Assembly (NCBI RefSeq): GCF_018350175.1 | Contig: NC_058368.1 | Span: forward strand, 62,870,001 to 62,934,000 | Reading direction: 5' to 3' | DNA from: Felis catus | Taxonomy: Eukaryota | Length of the DNA stretch: 64,000 nucleotides | Shown here: positions 40,431 to 55,552 of the stretch, piece after piece | How positions within the stretch are numbered: position 1 is the stretch's first letter | Layout of the letters: each line of letters opens with the position of its first letter | Translations under genes and position numbers: made by a program | The notes under the pieces: generated by a model | The model's database searches: none | The model's input: the letters and a program-made list of their open reading frames with translations, nothing else | Told to the model about the DNA's origin: nothing

Positions 40431-43400
40431 CACTCAACATATAACACCCCCCAATGCCTTCTCAACCCAGAAACCCATTATTTGGTCCATTAAAATGAGC
40501 CAAATTCTTTAAGTTCTACCATAGTTATGCCTTCTACCTCTCAAATTTCCTTTCTGATGCTTCCTAGATCTATGTAACTTGGTTTACTCTCCAAGAGCAC
40601 ATTTATTTCCGGAGACAGGAATGCCAATAATGATGGAAGAAAGTGTATGTTCTCATTCACCCAGTTGCCTATCAGTATCTCATGACAATGAGCAACGCAT
40701 TTGAAAAGATGCCTTCTGAAAGACCATCATGATAAAAGTTGATACAGGTGCCTCAGTAAATGATTAAGTCTCAGGACAACAAAGAATGTACGGCCGGGTA
40801 CAATCTAGAGCCCCTTGAGTAGTTTCAGGCTTTCAACTTCCTCTGCTCAAAATTGAAAACACTGACAGTAAAACTCTGCAGTCAGAGGTGGACTCTACTT
40901 TAGTTCTGTTCACCATTTAAATAGGTGGTATTGAACAGTGCAGAAAACAGGCTATCTTGAGCATATTACATCATGGGACTAAAACTTGTCATATACAGTG
41001 TGATAAACATACACGAATCTTATTCCTTGCTAATAATACAGCTCCTTCACATAAAGCAGTACAGTCCAGTTAATTTATGTTTCATACTTTTGAACTCTTA
41101 ATGGCAGTATCACCCGGACATTGAAGCTCTGTGTTAAGTGATGAAAACCTGAAAAAGACATTGTATTTTGCACATCCAGGTACTATTTTAATCTTTCCTG
41201 AACTGCCAAGCAAATGTTCAGGTACTAAATAAGTTTCAAGGATAATTAAAAGAAAAAGCCTTTAAAATAAACCTGTCAGCTTATTTTTCATAAGAAAATA
41301 AAAGGTTCTAATCCCTTCATAATGAATAGCAACAAAATTCTATTCAGCTCAATCTAATTTCTAAAAAGGTAAAAGAAAATATTAGAAATGTTTTTCCAAG
41401 GCCCATGAGCTTCAGCTAAACTAAACACTACCTTTCTAGCATATTTCTAATTAAATATGCAATTAAAATTTTCACTACACCCCAAGGCCTCCCATCCTAT
41501 TTAAATCACTTTTTGTCCTACTTTAAAAGGCAAGTTATAACTTCATAAGTAATTAAAAAAAATCCTTTAGATTTTCTGTGATTTCTCTAACAAATCTATT
41601 TCTAATTTAAATGTACTACTTTAGACATGAACAACTTCTTAAATGTTTAATAAGCATAAATTGGATGTCTAAGTAGCAGAAGTCAAAGCAGAAAATTCTG
41701 TAAAACTAGTGTCTTTGAAGAAAATTCAGGTATGATTCAAATAACTACATACATGTTTCTGACTTTAAGTACCAGTGGAAAACTATGAAATGAAACGTTC
41801 CAACTTACTGAATATCAGGTATTTAATAGAAATTTTTACATCTTTCTGATTTTAAGTAATTTTTTTCTGCTATACCTATAAATCCTATTATAATCCTAGT
41901 TTTTAGCACACTAAGATGTTCTAACTAAAATAACGTTATAGGCATCTGGAAAATAATTTCAGTTTATTAGCAGATTATGTGAGGACTCAGGTTCAACATA
42001 TAACAAAGGAAAAGTACTTGCCTAGTTATGTATTTGAGCTTTACAGTTTATTGCATTTACCCAAGAATAAAAGAATGACAAAGTCTAGTAAAATTTCATT
42101 TAGATGTATTACTTACATGTGTTCTTAACAGATTGATTAAAAAGTGCATATAAATCTGTGGTAGTTTCCAGAAAGACCTCAAACTAGTGGATTTTTGGCC
42201 TCATTAGAAGGCCACCCTAGTGATTATACTAAGCATATCTAGGTTTTCTGATTTCTGCTAAAAAATGAGAAATACTTAAAGATGCTTTAGTTTTATGATC
42301 CCCCGCCCCCCACCCAGCTCACAATTTTCCTGGTAGTCAATGTGATACTTTCATGAGCTAAAGGACACCATTGTGATTCTGTGAGGCATCTAGGAGCTAA
42401 TGTCAAGCAATGATGAAATGTTTGAAGAAAGACGATAAGAGCATCACACAGATAAGTCAGCTATGATTCTGTCACATATCACCCCATGTGAGTAAAATTG
42501 TTATGTCATTATAAGAAAATTGGGAATCCCTGTTATGAGAGCCTCAACATATTTATAAGGTATATGGAAATGACTGTTTACAACATCCTACAGTCCTTAA
42601 TGTCTAGAAGTATATGAAGAAATTGCTGCACATAGAAAAAGGCAGGAAATCCAAAATGGAGGGAGTTAATAGACAATATGCAGCTAAATCCAAAAGACTA
42701 AAACTTAGGAAAATGCTAAGTCAGACCACATAAACAACCATATTAAACCTGTAAAATGGACAAAACTTAAAAGTCAACAGCAAATAATCTGGAGGAATAC
42801 CTGTTGGGAGTTTCCATTGCATCACCTTTTCTACAGAGCAATCGGTCAGTATTTAGTGAAATTAGAAATGTGCAGATCTTGAGGCCCAGCTGTCTTCTAT
42901 TGTGGCTGCAGAGATTAACTCACGAAGGCCACATGCAAGGATCTTCACTGCAGTGGCACTTGGGTAGCTTGGGCCCACTTGTTTCCATCACTAGAGACTG
43001 AATATGGTGGATGCATATTTCTAATCATGGGATAATGAGAAGAAATAGACCAGCTGTGAAAGAATAAATATGGATACACCTTAAAAACACATTATTGAAT
43101 AAAATATAAAAATAGAACAAGATTTATAGCCTAAATGTAAGACCTATATTAGACACACTATGTACGACTTCAAAAGCTTAGTAGATGCCTGTGAGGGAGC
43201 ATAAAGTAGCATTGGGGTGCAAGAGGAACCCTTTTATACATCATATTGGATGATGTGACATGGACTGAAGACTCAGTCTCTGCACCCGAGGTTTAGAATA
43301 AAACCTGATAATATAAAGCACAATATTGAATATACTTATGCCTATTCAAGAGAATAAATTAAGCACTTGACAATCTATATAAAAAGTATGCCAGTTGTGA

Positions 43401-46329
43401 ATGTCAAACTATTTCCTCCCAACTTCACAACCTTTTTTTACAAGGTGAATTACTGTATGGAAATTGAAAGCTTCCAAACTTATTCTGTAATTCAGTCTTT
43501 TTACTAAGCAAATGTTTTTCAAAGTTACACCATTGCCCCCCCCCAAGGTTTTTTATTTCATTCTTGCATGATGTTACTGTGTAGGGTTTGAGGGGTTTCC
43601 TTGTTTCCAAAAAGCCAAAGTTAGATCTATTCCGAAAATGGCAGTAATTCATTAACAATAGGAAGGACCAGAAAAGTCACACCAAATAAATCAAGCCTGT
43701 AACTATGTAGAGACTATATTCTAGTAAACACTGAAATGTGAGCAATTCAATATTGAAATCTACAATCATAAAATCTTTAGTGAAAACAACTTGATAATTT
43801 TCCTCTTAAAAATAGCATTTTTGATTTTAGCTGCTGTAACATATATCAGGTACAGGTACTGTAAAGGGAAAAATCTCAAAGTATGAAATATTCTATTTTT
43901 CTACTTTTGAGTTTAAAATTCTGCAATTCTTTCCATAATATCACCTTTTATATTAGATGCAGACAATTTTCTACTTGATTTCATGTATAGGACTATGTTG
44001 ACAAAGTGTACACAATATCCGAAGGATTTCCAGCTTAAAAAGAGTGTTAGAGGATTTGGTGTAAGCCTAGAAAACAGGAAAAGAATAGTGTGCTCATAAT
44101 GTATCCTTAGTTTTACTTTCACCTTCAACATGAATCACTACCGGTGACGTGGTAAGAGACTGAACCTGGAACTCAATATTAGGTCTAGATGATTTGTCAT
44201 GATCAGAAATGCATGAAAAGCCTTGGTATGTGCCCGCTCACATTATTCAAGTTGGCAGGAGCTCATCTGAAAGGCAGAATTCCATGGCCAACAAAGTGTG
44301 TGTCTAGTGAGGAACAGGAGATGTTCAAGAAGCCACACACACTAAACTTCCTGGCTATTCTTCAGTCCTAATTGTTGAAAGTCCATCCATTTGGCGAATT
44401 ACAGCCAAATGTAACTTGCACAAGATTTTGGGCTAAATGTTTGTTTTTACCATGGTTCTGAGGCTACTTCAACTTCCTTATAGGAATTACATATGGTTTG
44501 AGGTAAGCTTTGAAAACTGGATAGGAAAAATTGGCAGGAAAAGATGGACATGAAGACAAATCAAGCTGAGCGAACAGCTTTAGGGAAACCACAGAAGTTT
44601 TAAATTGTAGCATGTGTTCAGACATGCAAGGAATTCATCCAGGAGATTAGAGATCAGATTAAAAACAGGCTTAGGTTCCTTCATGTATTGTTTACATTTA
44701 GCACTGGAAATTCTGGCATGAACATTCACATCCACAGATGAAATTCCTACTGAGTGTATCCCCAAATGTATACATTATGTGTATTCATATGTGAACATAT
44801 ATGTATGTCTATAGTAAAACCAAAGTTTTAAATAATTCTCTAAAAATATAGAAATCCTAAAATTAAGAAGCCAAATAGATCATGTGACACCCTTCTAGGG
44901 TACATGTACTCCAATTCAGACTAAAGTTATGAGTATTAATAAAGACTAATACAGGTATAGTATAGTGATCCTAAATATACATATTGTCAGCAACTTAATT
45001 GTGGTCTGCTAGAAATTTGAAAATTTGATATATCAGTTGAAGAAACTAAAATGTAAGAAATGGACAAAGATCGCATCTACTCTCTAGGTGTACCATATAG
45101 CTCTGTATTTCTTTAGAAACTCTTAAGATAATTCCACTTGCACCAGTTCTCAAACTTTCCTAGACCTCTTTTGTATAGCTTTGGGAATGACAAAGGATTG
45201 GAGAAGATTGTGTATGTCTGGAACGCTCTTTTGACCATAGCATCTTTGATCATTGAATTTATACACCGAAACTTCAGAAAGATTGCATTTGATAAAGCAT
45301 TCCCCTGCTTTCAAAATGAAAACCACTGGTTAAGCAGATTATAATGCCAACAGGAAGGAGCATTTCCTTATAATTTCAAACTTTGCTTCCTGAGATCCCT
45401 TTCTGTTGGCTACATATGGTTGTAATCTTGATTCTCAATAGAAATTTTACTTTTTTCAACTAGGTTGCTTGGACAAATAGCATTGAAACACAGCTTACTC
45501 TGCTAACATGGTCCAGTAATGGAAATTCAGAAATTGGCTGTTACACTACAATGCAAAACTCTTTTATTCTCTTGTTCTTTTTTCCTTTAGCATAAAATAT
45601 CCTGTTATGGTGTAGAAGTAACTGCTTTTTTCCATTGAAGGAAGCATGTTAATCCAGTCACTTCAGAGAAATATTTAATGGAGTTTCATACTGGCACCAG
45701 AAAATTCACTTTTATTCTTTGGCAAAAACATCACATTTGGATCATGATTGTTTGTAGAGAAAGGACATAATTAACAGCATGAGGGTACTTTTTGATTACA
45801 TCTTATCAGCTAACATTTAGGAGATCTTTTTCCTTCTGAAATACTAACGTTTACAATACTGTGAAGCTGGCCATATAATTGTGATGAAGATATAAATGCT
45901 ATAGTTAATACAGGAACAATTACTATAATGTGGCTGCCATAATAGTTCTTGATTGAATTTTGGGAAGATGTGGATAACAACTAATACCAGAAGTTCTTGG
46001 AAATCTATTCATTTGCTATAAATAAATATGCATGTGACTTGGTGGCAATCCATCAGTTCCACAGCAATTATCTTTGTGTTCTTTTCGACAGAAGATACAG
46101 CCTATAAATTTTTTACTTGATGTGTGAAATTCAAGACTCTTGTGAATCATTAATATCTAAACTCAAAAGTAATTCAAAATCATGAAAACTAGTTTTGCAA
46201 CCTTACTTTCCCTTTTCTTTCCCTGTACTTAACACTTTAAGCAATAATCAGTTTATAAGTTCATTGAAGAAAGATTGAGCAGATACTTTATCTTACTGTC
46301 AGGGTTATTGACAAATGATACCAAGTAAC

Positions 46330-46538
46330 TTTTTAAGTTTATTTACTTATTTTGAGGCAGTATGACACATATATAACTGGGAAGGAGCAGAGAGGGAGGA
46401 GAGACCATCTCAAATAAGCTGTGTGCTATCTGCATAGAGCCTGACACAGGGCTTGATCCCACGAACTGAATCGTGAGATCATACCTGAGCTGAAATCTCA
46501 AGTCCACTGCTTAACCAACTGAGCCACCCAACACCCCT
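46330..46538 (-). mobile_element. CanSINE
   Basis: tttttaagtttattt...cttaaccaactgagccacccaacacccc. Confidence 0.9.
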
Positions 46539-46989
46539 TGGATGATTTTAAATCTTCTCAAATTTTATCCGTTTTAGGGTTTGTGCTCTGTAAACTGAGA
46601 TTTTAGTCCATGGTGTGTCAATAAATGTTTAAAACATATTCTTAGGCCACAAAGAGAAATACGTAATACCTTTTGAAGTTTGTTGTTGTTGTTGTTGTTG
46701 TTGTTTGTGGTCTTCGGGAAGGTTTTTTTCAATGTTAACTAGGGAGGGAAATACCTTTTTCCATAATACCAACTTCCAAGTCAAAGAGGTCTGGTCTTTA
46801 GAGTATCCTGTTGAAATGACTTATCCTTATGCTATACTTCTGTATGAATTCATTAAATAAAACAATTAGATCTGCACTCTTGAGTGAATATTTTTCATGC
46901 CACAACACATATGTTGTAAATTTTCTATAAGACAATATTTAAGTTATAAATTAAAAACTTAAATTCCATTTAATATCCAAATAGTTATA

Positions 46990-47206
46990 TGGTATTTCTC
47001 AACCTGATAGCACTGTCAACATTTGGAACCAACTTTGTAGAGTTTACCTGTACATTTGAGGACACTTAGCAGCTTCCCTGGTCTCTATGGACTAGATGTC
47101 AGCACATACATACACCTATGTGTACAGTTATGCAATATAAAAAAACACATTCAGACATTGCCAAATGTCCCCTGGTGAGAAAAATTGCCCCAATTGAGAA
47201 TCACTG
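46990..47206 (+). mobile_element. MER20 (hAT-Charlie)
   Basis: tttctcaacct..gcact...cagacattgccaaatgtcccctgg...ttgagaatcactg. Confidence 0.85.
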
Positions 47207-47539
47207 TTCTAATCCATTACTTCATTAAAAAAATGTTTTAGGCTACAAGTTACATCCCATTTAGGTGGACTGAAACTACCAAAATTCCCTATTTTAGCAA
47301 ATAGAATTCTTAAAAAGTTAAGGTCAATATCATATGTTTGGTTAAAAAAAAAAAAGTAATTTACTGATAGAAAACCATTCAAGGTAAACAGATTTCAAGA
47401 TACTAGAATGGGTAGTAGGTCTTCATGGATCCACATAGAAGTTATGTATAATTTCAATAAATTAATGCATATGAAAATTCCTCTAATATATATCTACTGG
47501 AAACTTCATATCTACCTTTGAAACATTAGCTAGGACTTT

Positions 47540-47970
47540 TTTCTTTAATTTTTAATGTAATTATTCATATATATTAAAATATTTATTAAAATATTATTCA
47601 AGTAAGTTAATATTCAGTGTAGTATTGGTTTCAGAAGTAGAACCCAGTGATTCACCACTTAAATGGGAAAACCCAGTACTCATCCCAACAAGTGCCCTTT
47701 AGTACCCATCACTCATTTGGCTTATCCTTCCACCCACCGCCTCTCCAGTAACCCTTAGGCTATTCTCTGTATTTGAGTCTCTATGGTTTTCCTCCCTCTT
47801 TTTTAAATCTTATTTTCCTTTTTCTTATGTTCATCTGTTGTGTTTAAATTCCACATATAAGTGAAATCATGACATTTGTCTTCCTCTGACTGTTTAGCAT
47901 AGTACGCTCTAGTTCCATTCATATTGTTAGCAAATGGCAATCAAAAAGAATGAAATCTTGCCAAGTAGTA

Positions 47971-48046
<76 letters not shown>

Positions 48047-48390
48047 TGTGCACACTACCTCTTCATCAGTCGATGGACATTTGGGCTCTTTCCATAATTT
48101 GGTTATTGTTGATAGCATTGCTGTAAACACTGGGGTGCATGTGCTCCTTTGAATAAGCATTTTTGTATCCTTTGGATAAATACCTAGTAGTTCAATTTCT
48201 GGGTCATGGGGTAGTTCTATTAATTTTTTGAGAAACCTCCATCCTGTTTTCCATAATGGCTGCACCAGTTTTCATTCCTGCCAACAGTGAAGGAAGGTTC
48301 CTCTCTCAGCATCCTCACTAACGTGTTTCTTGTGGTGTTAATTTTAGACATTCTGGGAGGGGTGAGCGGGTACCTCGTTGTGCTTTTGAT
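47540..48390 (-). mobile_element. Carnivore L1 3' end with (TG)n at ~47975-48050
   Basis: Minus ORF 47927-48265 QPLWKTGWRFLKKL..LLGIYPK..CTPVF..WKEPKCPS. Confidence 0.95.
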
Positions 48391-49599
48391 TCTTAAGTTC
48401 TTCTACTATACTATTATGGTAAAAAGAGGGAAGGGGGCCTATAAACAAAACTCAAACATATACACAAAAACTTGAAGCAAAAGACTGAAGGAGTTTTTCC
48501 AGAGAACTTCATCCTCATTTCTTGTTTTCCAGAAGATTCTGCTTGAGATTGCAGGTCAATATGAATAGGAGCTCCTAGAAGGAAACCGAAGTTAGTTACT
48601 TTCTGGAAAACAAAAATTCTTGATGGTCTCTTTCCTTGAACTTCATTGATGTGTTATAGTGTGTTTGAAGTTTAATAGACTAAAAAGTTATTTTTAAGTG
48701 TATTCCTCCTAATTGGGACAAATAGTATCATGAACAAATACAGGGGGGAAATTAAAACCTAACTGAGCTAGTTGTAACAACCCTGGCAGCACTTACTCCA
48801 GCAGCAATGGGAGCCACAGCAATGGTAATGCTTATGGTCTCAAGTACAAGTATAGAAATTTTAGTGAATTTCCACAGATAGCACTTTTTAAACAGTACTA
48901 ACATGTAAAAGAAAACTGACCCAGTAGCATAGCATGGGATTTAACAACATGAGCAACCGAGAACATGGCTGGCACTACTTTTAAGCACGGTTAAAACAAC
49001 AACAACGAGATCAGTGCCTCAATGAAGAATGGATGCTTGATACAACACTGTTCTGGAGAGTTAGCAAGTAGCATTCTTAGAAACCTCTTTATGCAATGCA
49101 TGTGGAAGTAAGACCGTTTACGTTAATCTATACAACTTCCATTCACTGATACATCATGGTATTCATACCAAAGAGCAACTTAAAAACAGAATACTATATA
49201 TGCATGTATAGAATTAACACTTGGAATAGATGTTTATAAGAGCACTACAACAATGACTAAGGAAAACTGTGCTTAGACGCTTATAAAAGACTTAACCATT
49301 GCTTTACAGGGGTAACCAGCATATTTGTGTAGTCCCATACACCCACATGTAGTTGAACATGAAGGTGCAATGTCTTTTCCTGCAATACCACTTGACTATT
49401 ACCTTGCCAAACCTAACTGCTAAATGAGTGCAGAAGTTCACCTTTGGTTATTTTTCATTTTTTGACTTGCAAAGTAATGCAATGAAATAGTACTCCAGTT
49501 TGAAAATTAGGAAAACATTCAGAAGCCCAGAAGGCTTATTCTACCAATGCTTACCTGCCGAAGCATAGACAGAACATCCGTCAACATACATATTTACGA

Positions 49600-50200
49600 A
49601 ATGTTTTTCTTGTGACAAATTAAGATGTACTCTGAGCAACTTTCAAATATTCAATACAGTGTTAACAATACGTGCAATACATTTTTATGACTTCATAAAT
49701 TGGAAGTTTGTACTTTTGACCCCTTTACCCATTTCTCCCCCCTCCATCCTCTTGCCTCTTGCAAACAATGATGTGTTCTTTAGATCTGAGATTTTACCTT
49801 TTAGATTCTATGTATGAGATTATATGGTATGTGTCTGACCGACTTTACTTAGCATGATGCTTTTGATGTCCATCCATGTCACAGATGGCAATATTTCCTT
49901 AAGGTTGAATAGTTTATTGTATATATACATTTTCTCTTTTCACCTATCACTGGACAGACTGTTTCCATATGTTGGCTATTTTCAATACTACAATGAACAT
50001 GGGATGCATATGTTTTCTAGTTAGTGTTTTCATTTTCTTCAAATACCCAGAAGTGGAATTGCTGGATCATGTAGTGGTTATATTTTTGGCTTTTTGAGAT
50101 CCCTCCATGCTGACCATAATAGCTATGCCAATTTACATTCCCACTGATGGTATACAAGGGTTTTTTTTCTTCTATATCCATGTCTTTTTTTTTTTTTTAA
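49600..50200 (-). mobile_element. L1 3' fragment (L1MA-like)
   Basis: gcaactttcaaatattcaatacagt...cccagaagtggaattgctggatcat. Confidence 0.88.
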
Positions 50201-51740
50201 CATACAGTCAAAAGGTATAGAGTTTTTATAAATATGTGTGGCAAATTTGCTACAAAAGATGGGAATAAAACCTACCTATGCAAGAAGAGCTCCCCTGTCC
50301 TCAAGTATTAGTGTTACTTGCCGGGAGCCTAGTCTTAGCCAAACAGTTACAGGGCTTCCCAGGAAAGACAGGAATGCTTTGCGACCAGATGAGTGCTTTA
50401 CCATCTTCTGGGAGAGCAGAGGTGACTAGATCAACTGTTGCTCAGGACCTGAGAATGATTAAATGGTTTCTTCCCCAAACTTGGTCATTTTTGTCAAGCT
50501 GCTGATGAAGCAGTTGCTTTCCTGGTAGTTGCCTACAGAAAGGAAAGGAAACTACAATAGCGTGAAGAAATAAAACTCACAAAAACATGCTATGGTGTCT
50601 TACACAAATAAAGATCTTATTTTGTCACTTAAAAGAAGTCCAATAGTCTATTGCTTGTGCAAAATATCCCCAAATCACTAGACCCTATCTGTTCAATTGT
50701 TAGAACATGGCTTTCATCCTGAAGGTAATAGGATGGATGCTTAATCTATCTCCATGTAAGGAATAGCAAGGGTGAAAAGATACCTTCCTGGTCAAGTCGT
50801 CATCTCAACGACATTCCCTCGGTTCCTGAACCTGTGACATCTGTGCAATCAAACTGGTATTCATAGCTACAAACAGCAATAAGAAATATAATATTTTACT
50901 CGAAGATGTCTTGGATAAAATCAACTGTTATTAAGCAGGGATAATGAATACTTGGGAAGTTGATAGAAGTCCTAACCATAGCATCCTAGACTTCAGGCTG
51001 CTTTAACACAGCAGGGATTGTTTGTTACTCAGCAACCAGCCCCACACATGGCATATTAAAGATGCTCAGTAACTGGTAGAAGGAACCCTGAGTAAATGAG
51101 TGGAGTTTTCTTTACACTGGCAATAATTACTCTTGTTATTTGAAATGGAATAATCCGAAATTAAGTAGTCCAAGTATCATGCAGGGGCTTGTGGCCATTG
51201 TTGAGTCCACAAAGAGCAAAGTCTTTTAGAAGGACTTTAGAATCTATTACAATCTCTAAACTAATACACGATCTAACCTAGAATATTGTGTCCATATCGC
51301 TTGATCTAAGCAGAAGCAAACTGACTTATTGTCAAGTCTGCAACACGTACATGTTTACATTCTATACTGTTGCAGTTTTATAATATGAAATGCTACCAAC
51401 CTTACAAGTTGTGTGTCATTTGAAAGAATTCCAAATAATACCTTAGAGAATCAAATTCATAAAGCTAGAAGTATTTTCCAACGTAAGGCAAACATTCCAG
51501 ACGTACTCTGTAAGAGCTTTGTTTTCTATTTTTCTAGAGTGTCAATATTTAACAAAGGGTCTACATAGAACCAATACTTAGGTTATAGCTCTTACAGCTA
51601 TGTGAATCTTGGGGCTTAATTTTTTTGATAATGTGTCTCAAAAGGACAAGTACGATCATCTGAGGGTATCTTTGGTAATCTCATGAGCCCTTGTCCCTTA
51701 CTAAAATTTTAAAGCTCTCATGATTAGCTTGCTGTTGGGG

Positions 51741-51771
<31 letters not shown>
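51741..51771. repeat. Poly(A) run
   Basis: Direct observation. Confidence 0.95.
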
Positions 51772-51774
<3 letters not shown>

Positions 51775-53059
51775 CTGTGTACATATATATGAAGAACAAA
51801 CACCAACACACATAACAACTGAAGAAATGTCTTTCCTAACACGGTTTCCATGGAGTGGTCATGGTCAAGCTTTGTTTCAAGATGTTAAATAAACATCACA
51901 ATTGCCTTTTAAATCTAAAGAAAAACCGTGAAAAATCTCATAAGGTGGAAAATCGTAGATTAAGAAATGAAGAGGTCAGCATTTATAGACTCAAGTATGC
52001 AGAGAAACTCAAGTTGTAATTAGCTGAAACAGATTATACACCCATAATGTAATTTTTGAGAAACTGTGGAAAACTCAAAATTCCTCTTAAGGTTACCTGA
52101 GTTTCAAATGTGAAAATTCTGTGCATGTGTGTGCACACATGCATGTGCTTTCAAGCCCTAGAGTCCTCACACATGATTAGGACTTATCTTCTCACAAAGA
52201 ATAAGAGTTTTGCAAAAGAAGCCTAGAAACCACTTACACGTGATTATGCACATGCGCAAGAGTGTGCATATTGCCTGATGTGCACGTAGATACTTACAGA
52301 TTTAAAAAAGCCAGATTTGATCTGTATGTTCTTGAAAATCAAACCTCTTAAGTAACCACACCAACAATGGTGAAGGTGAAAAGTACCACTGTGATCCGGG
52401 TTTGTCTATGTAAGCTGTCTTGGAAAGGGAGGGTACCACAGACTACTGTTGAAATAAAATGCCTCATCCTAGTTTCCAAAATAATGCTTATTGTTTGATT
52501 GTAGTGCTAAATAGAATGTGGCCTTCTACAAGTTTGCTTTCCCTCAGTATAAAAAATAAATCCCAGAATTTCTATCCTGAATCAGAACCCCTTTGTTTAC
52601 CTGCAGTGTGGCTGCAGGTAGTACAGGGGAAAAGGCAGGATAGGACCAGTTATTTTAGCTTGTAACAGTTAGAAGTATCTTAAATTTCACCTGACTTACC
52701 ACCTTGCTGCCATATATATTTAGAAAAAATTTTTTGCGGAATAAATGATTAAATATACATCAAATCTAAAACGTGTAGACAAGTTATGCAAGCCCTCTTA
52801 AATCTTATGGGAACTTAAGAGAAATATTGTCACAGGAACCACATAAGGAACCAATGCTATCTATCCATAATATCCCCCAGGTTAATTATAAGTGTGTTTT
52901 ATACGGCTATGTTTCTATCCCCTGTCAATAGAAACAGATGATACCTAGTCAATTATCTGTATCAGTACAGCAGAAGTACACGAAGGCTAAAGACAGCAAT
53001 CCCAGTGTGCAGCTTTATCATCTAATTTGATCTAAGGACAGAATTTGGATTACCCAAGG

Positions 53060-53215
53060 CAGGAACTTCCAAAATTTAATATGCATAAGAATTACATGAA
53101 ATGATTATAAAAAAGTGATACTTCTAGTATTTGATCCCTGCATCTCTGATTCAGTCAGGCTAGGGCTGGCTGGTTGCCTAAATCTTTGTTCTTTAAATTG
53201 TTGCTGTTAACACTG
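53060..53215. mobile_element. MER5-like fragment
   Basis: ttccaaaatttaatatgcataagaattac...ctgattcagtcaggctagggc. Confidence 0.55.
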
Positions 53216-54340
53216 GATAAAACTGATCTGTAGAAACAAGGTTGACTGTATTCTTATTTCTCAGATGTCAGTTTTTGACAAATGTCTGCCAGAGACCTTG
53301 AAATCATATTCAACTGTAATAAATGAGTGAAGGGATACCATTTTGCTGATTAATTTATAAAACCTGCACATTAAACAAGTCATTTGAGTTAAATTATGTA
53401 GGAACTAACAAGGATATTTGGCTAAAGAGGAACAGTGTATGATTTTAAGCTAAGGTTTTCCTTATGAGCATATCTGGTCATCAGTTTAAAACTGGATGGG
53501 TCACAAAGGTGTGCTATGAAGTGTGGGCACAATAGTCTGTGTCTTTAAAACTTTAAAAACAGGTGATTGCCTAATATGGCCATAAAATGTAAAATAAAGT
53601 TTCAATGGAGCCTACACAACCAGAGCAATCATAGTGGGTTCATACGCACATTTAAGTGAACGAATTAACCTGATACATTACAATTATTAAAAGATCAATA
53701 ACTTTTGGGAGGACTGTGCAAATAACTTTAAAATACTTGATAATAAAATGTTCCTACAAAAACTTAAAGATGGAATCATTGGTGACCATTTTAAGTCTTA
53801 AAAAACCAGAAAGGCATAAAAATAAATTTTTTGATTTTTGCCAGCCCTCAAAATAGAGAAATGTATACATATATGTACATATACATTCTATATGTGCATG
53901 TATGGGTGGGATGTTTATATCAAGACTATCTAAAATTATCAAATCATGAAGGTACAAGTTAAAATGTTTTTGGCCTCTCAAATTTATCTGGCTTCCAGGA
54001 GATTGTTGCTATTGACCTCGAACACCATGGTGGTTTTAAGGTTTTTATTGGCATCATTTTCGTGTCTCTGTTGACACCAAACAACTTAGGTATTGGTTGT
54101 CTCTCAGGGTCAAATCTACGGAAAGATCAATAAAAGCTGCAGAGCCTCTCATGTTCTGACGGAATTCATAAGATGAGAGAAAATAAAAAGCACATCTCCT
54201 CTGTTGACTTCTGTATCTGGATTCATGGCTCCAAAACGTCAACATAAGGTCAATACTTAATAATTCTGATGGTTTTCATCTTAACTTCCATTTCTAAGGA
54301 CAATTAGGAGAAATTGTGATGCACTTGAATCTCAACCACA

Positions 54341-55075
54341 TTTTTTTTAGTTTTAGTTTTTCCAGCATTGAGATGCAAACGAAAAAACATTGTGTAGATT
54401 TAAGGTATACAATGTGGTGGTTTTTAACGTAAGTATACCTTTAGTGATTAGTACAAACGAACCTACCCTTTACCACATAGTTACTATTTATGTGTGGTGA
54501 GAATACTTAGGTTGGCAAGGATGTGGAGAAAAGGGAACCCTTGAACACTTTCGTGTGAATGTAAATTTTGACAGCTGTTATGGAAAACTGGAGTTTGCTC
54601 AAAAAATTAAATAGAATTGCCTTATGATCAAAGGAATTGAAATCCATATCTCAAATAGCTGTACTCCCCTATATATTGCAGCATTATTCAAAATATGTAA
54701 TATATGGAAACAACCTAAATGTCAGTGGCTAAATGGGTGAAGAAATTGTTCTGTGTCTACAATGGAATATTAGCCTTAAAAAAGAAATCCTATTTGCGAT
54801 AATATAGATGCATTTGGACTGCATTATCTAGGTGAAATATGACAGACACATGAAAGATAAATATTGAGAACACTTATGTAGAATCTAAATCGAACTTAGA
54901 GAAACAAAAAGGTGGTTTCCAGGGGCTGGAGGTGGTGGAGGAAATGGGGAAGATGTTGGTCAGGGGATAGAAACTCTCTCTGCTCTAAGTTTTAGAGATG
55001 TAATGTACAGCATGGTAACTACAGTAAAGTGTACTTTAAAATTTGCTAAGAGAATAGATCCTAAGTGTTCTCAAC
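54341..55075 (-). mobile_element. L1 (L1MA-like) with 5' inversion
   Basis: 54341-54510 is the L1 extreme 3' end on minus; 54511-55075 is upstream L1 sequence on plus; degenerate TSD. Confidence 0.85.
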
Positions 55076-55552
55076 TACCTTCTTGATACAACTGGGATAT
55101 CTGACATTAGCTCCAGTTAGCTCTGCACCCGTATGATGTGATACAGCTTCAGTGGACTGCCTGGTTTCACTCTCAGTTCTAACAGACATGCTTACAAAGA
55201 GAGGTACTATGTTTCTCAGGATGCCACCTTAAATTGGGACAAACCAAATTCTTAATTTCCCCCCTAAAGTTATTCCTCCTTAGACTTTCGTATTTTGAAA
55301 GTAAACTATCAACAGATGATCATCAGTTTGAGATGATAAACAGGTTGAGTCATTGGGAATAAATGGAAATTGAAAATCCTTTTCTACTGTTGCTTATGTT
55401 ACTTTTTGTTGATATTCTTGAAATAGAAAAGTGTTTACATACGCAAAAAGATTGAATATTGAAAATAGGGAAAGGGGGAATGTAAGAATAAATTGAGGTA
55501 ATTGCTTAGAAAATAGGACTTTGATAATGCTCAGAACACTAAAAGATAAATT

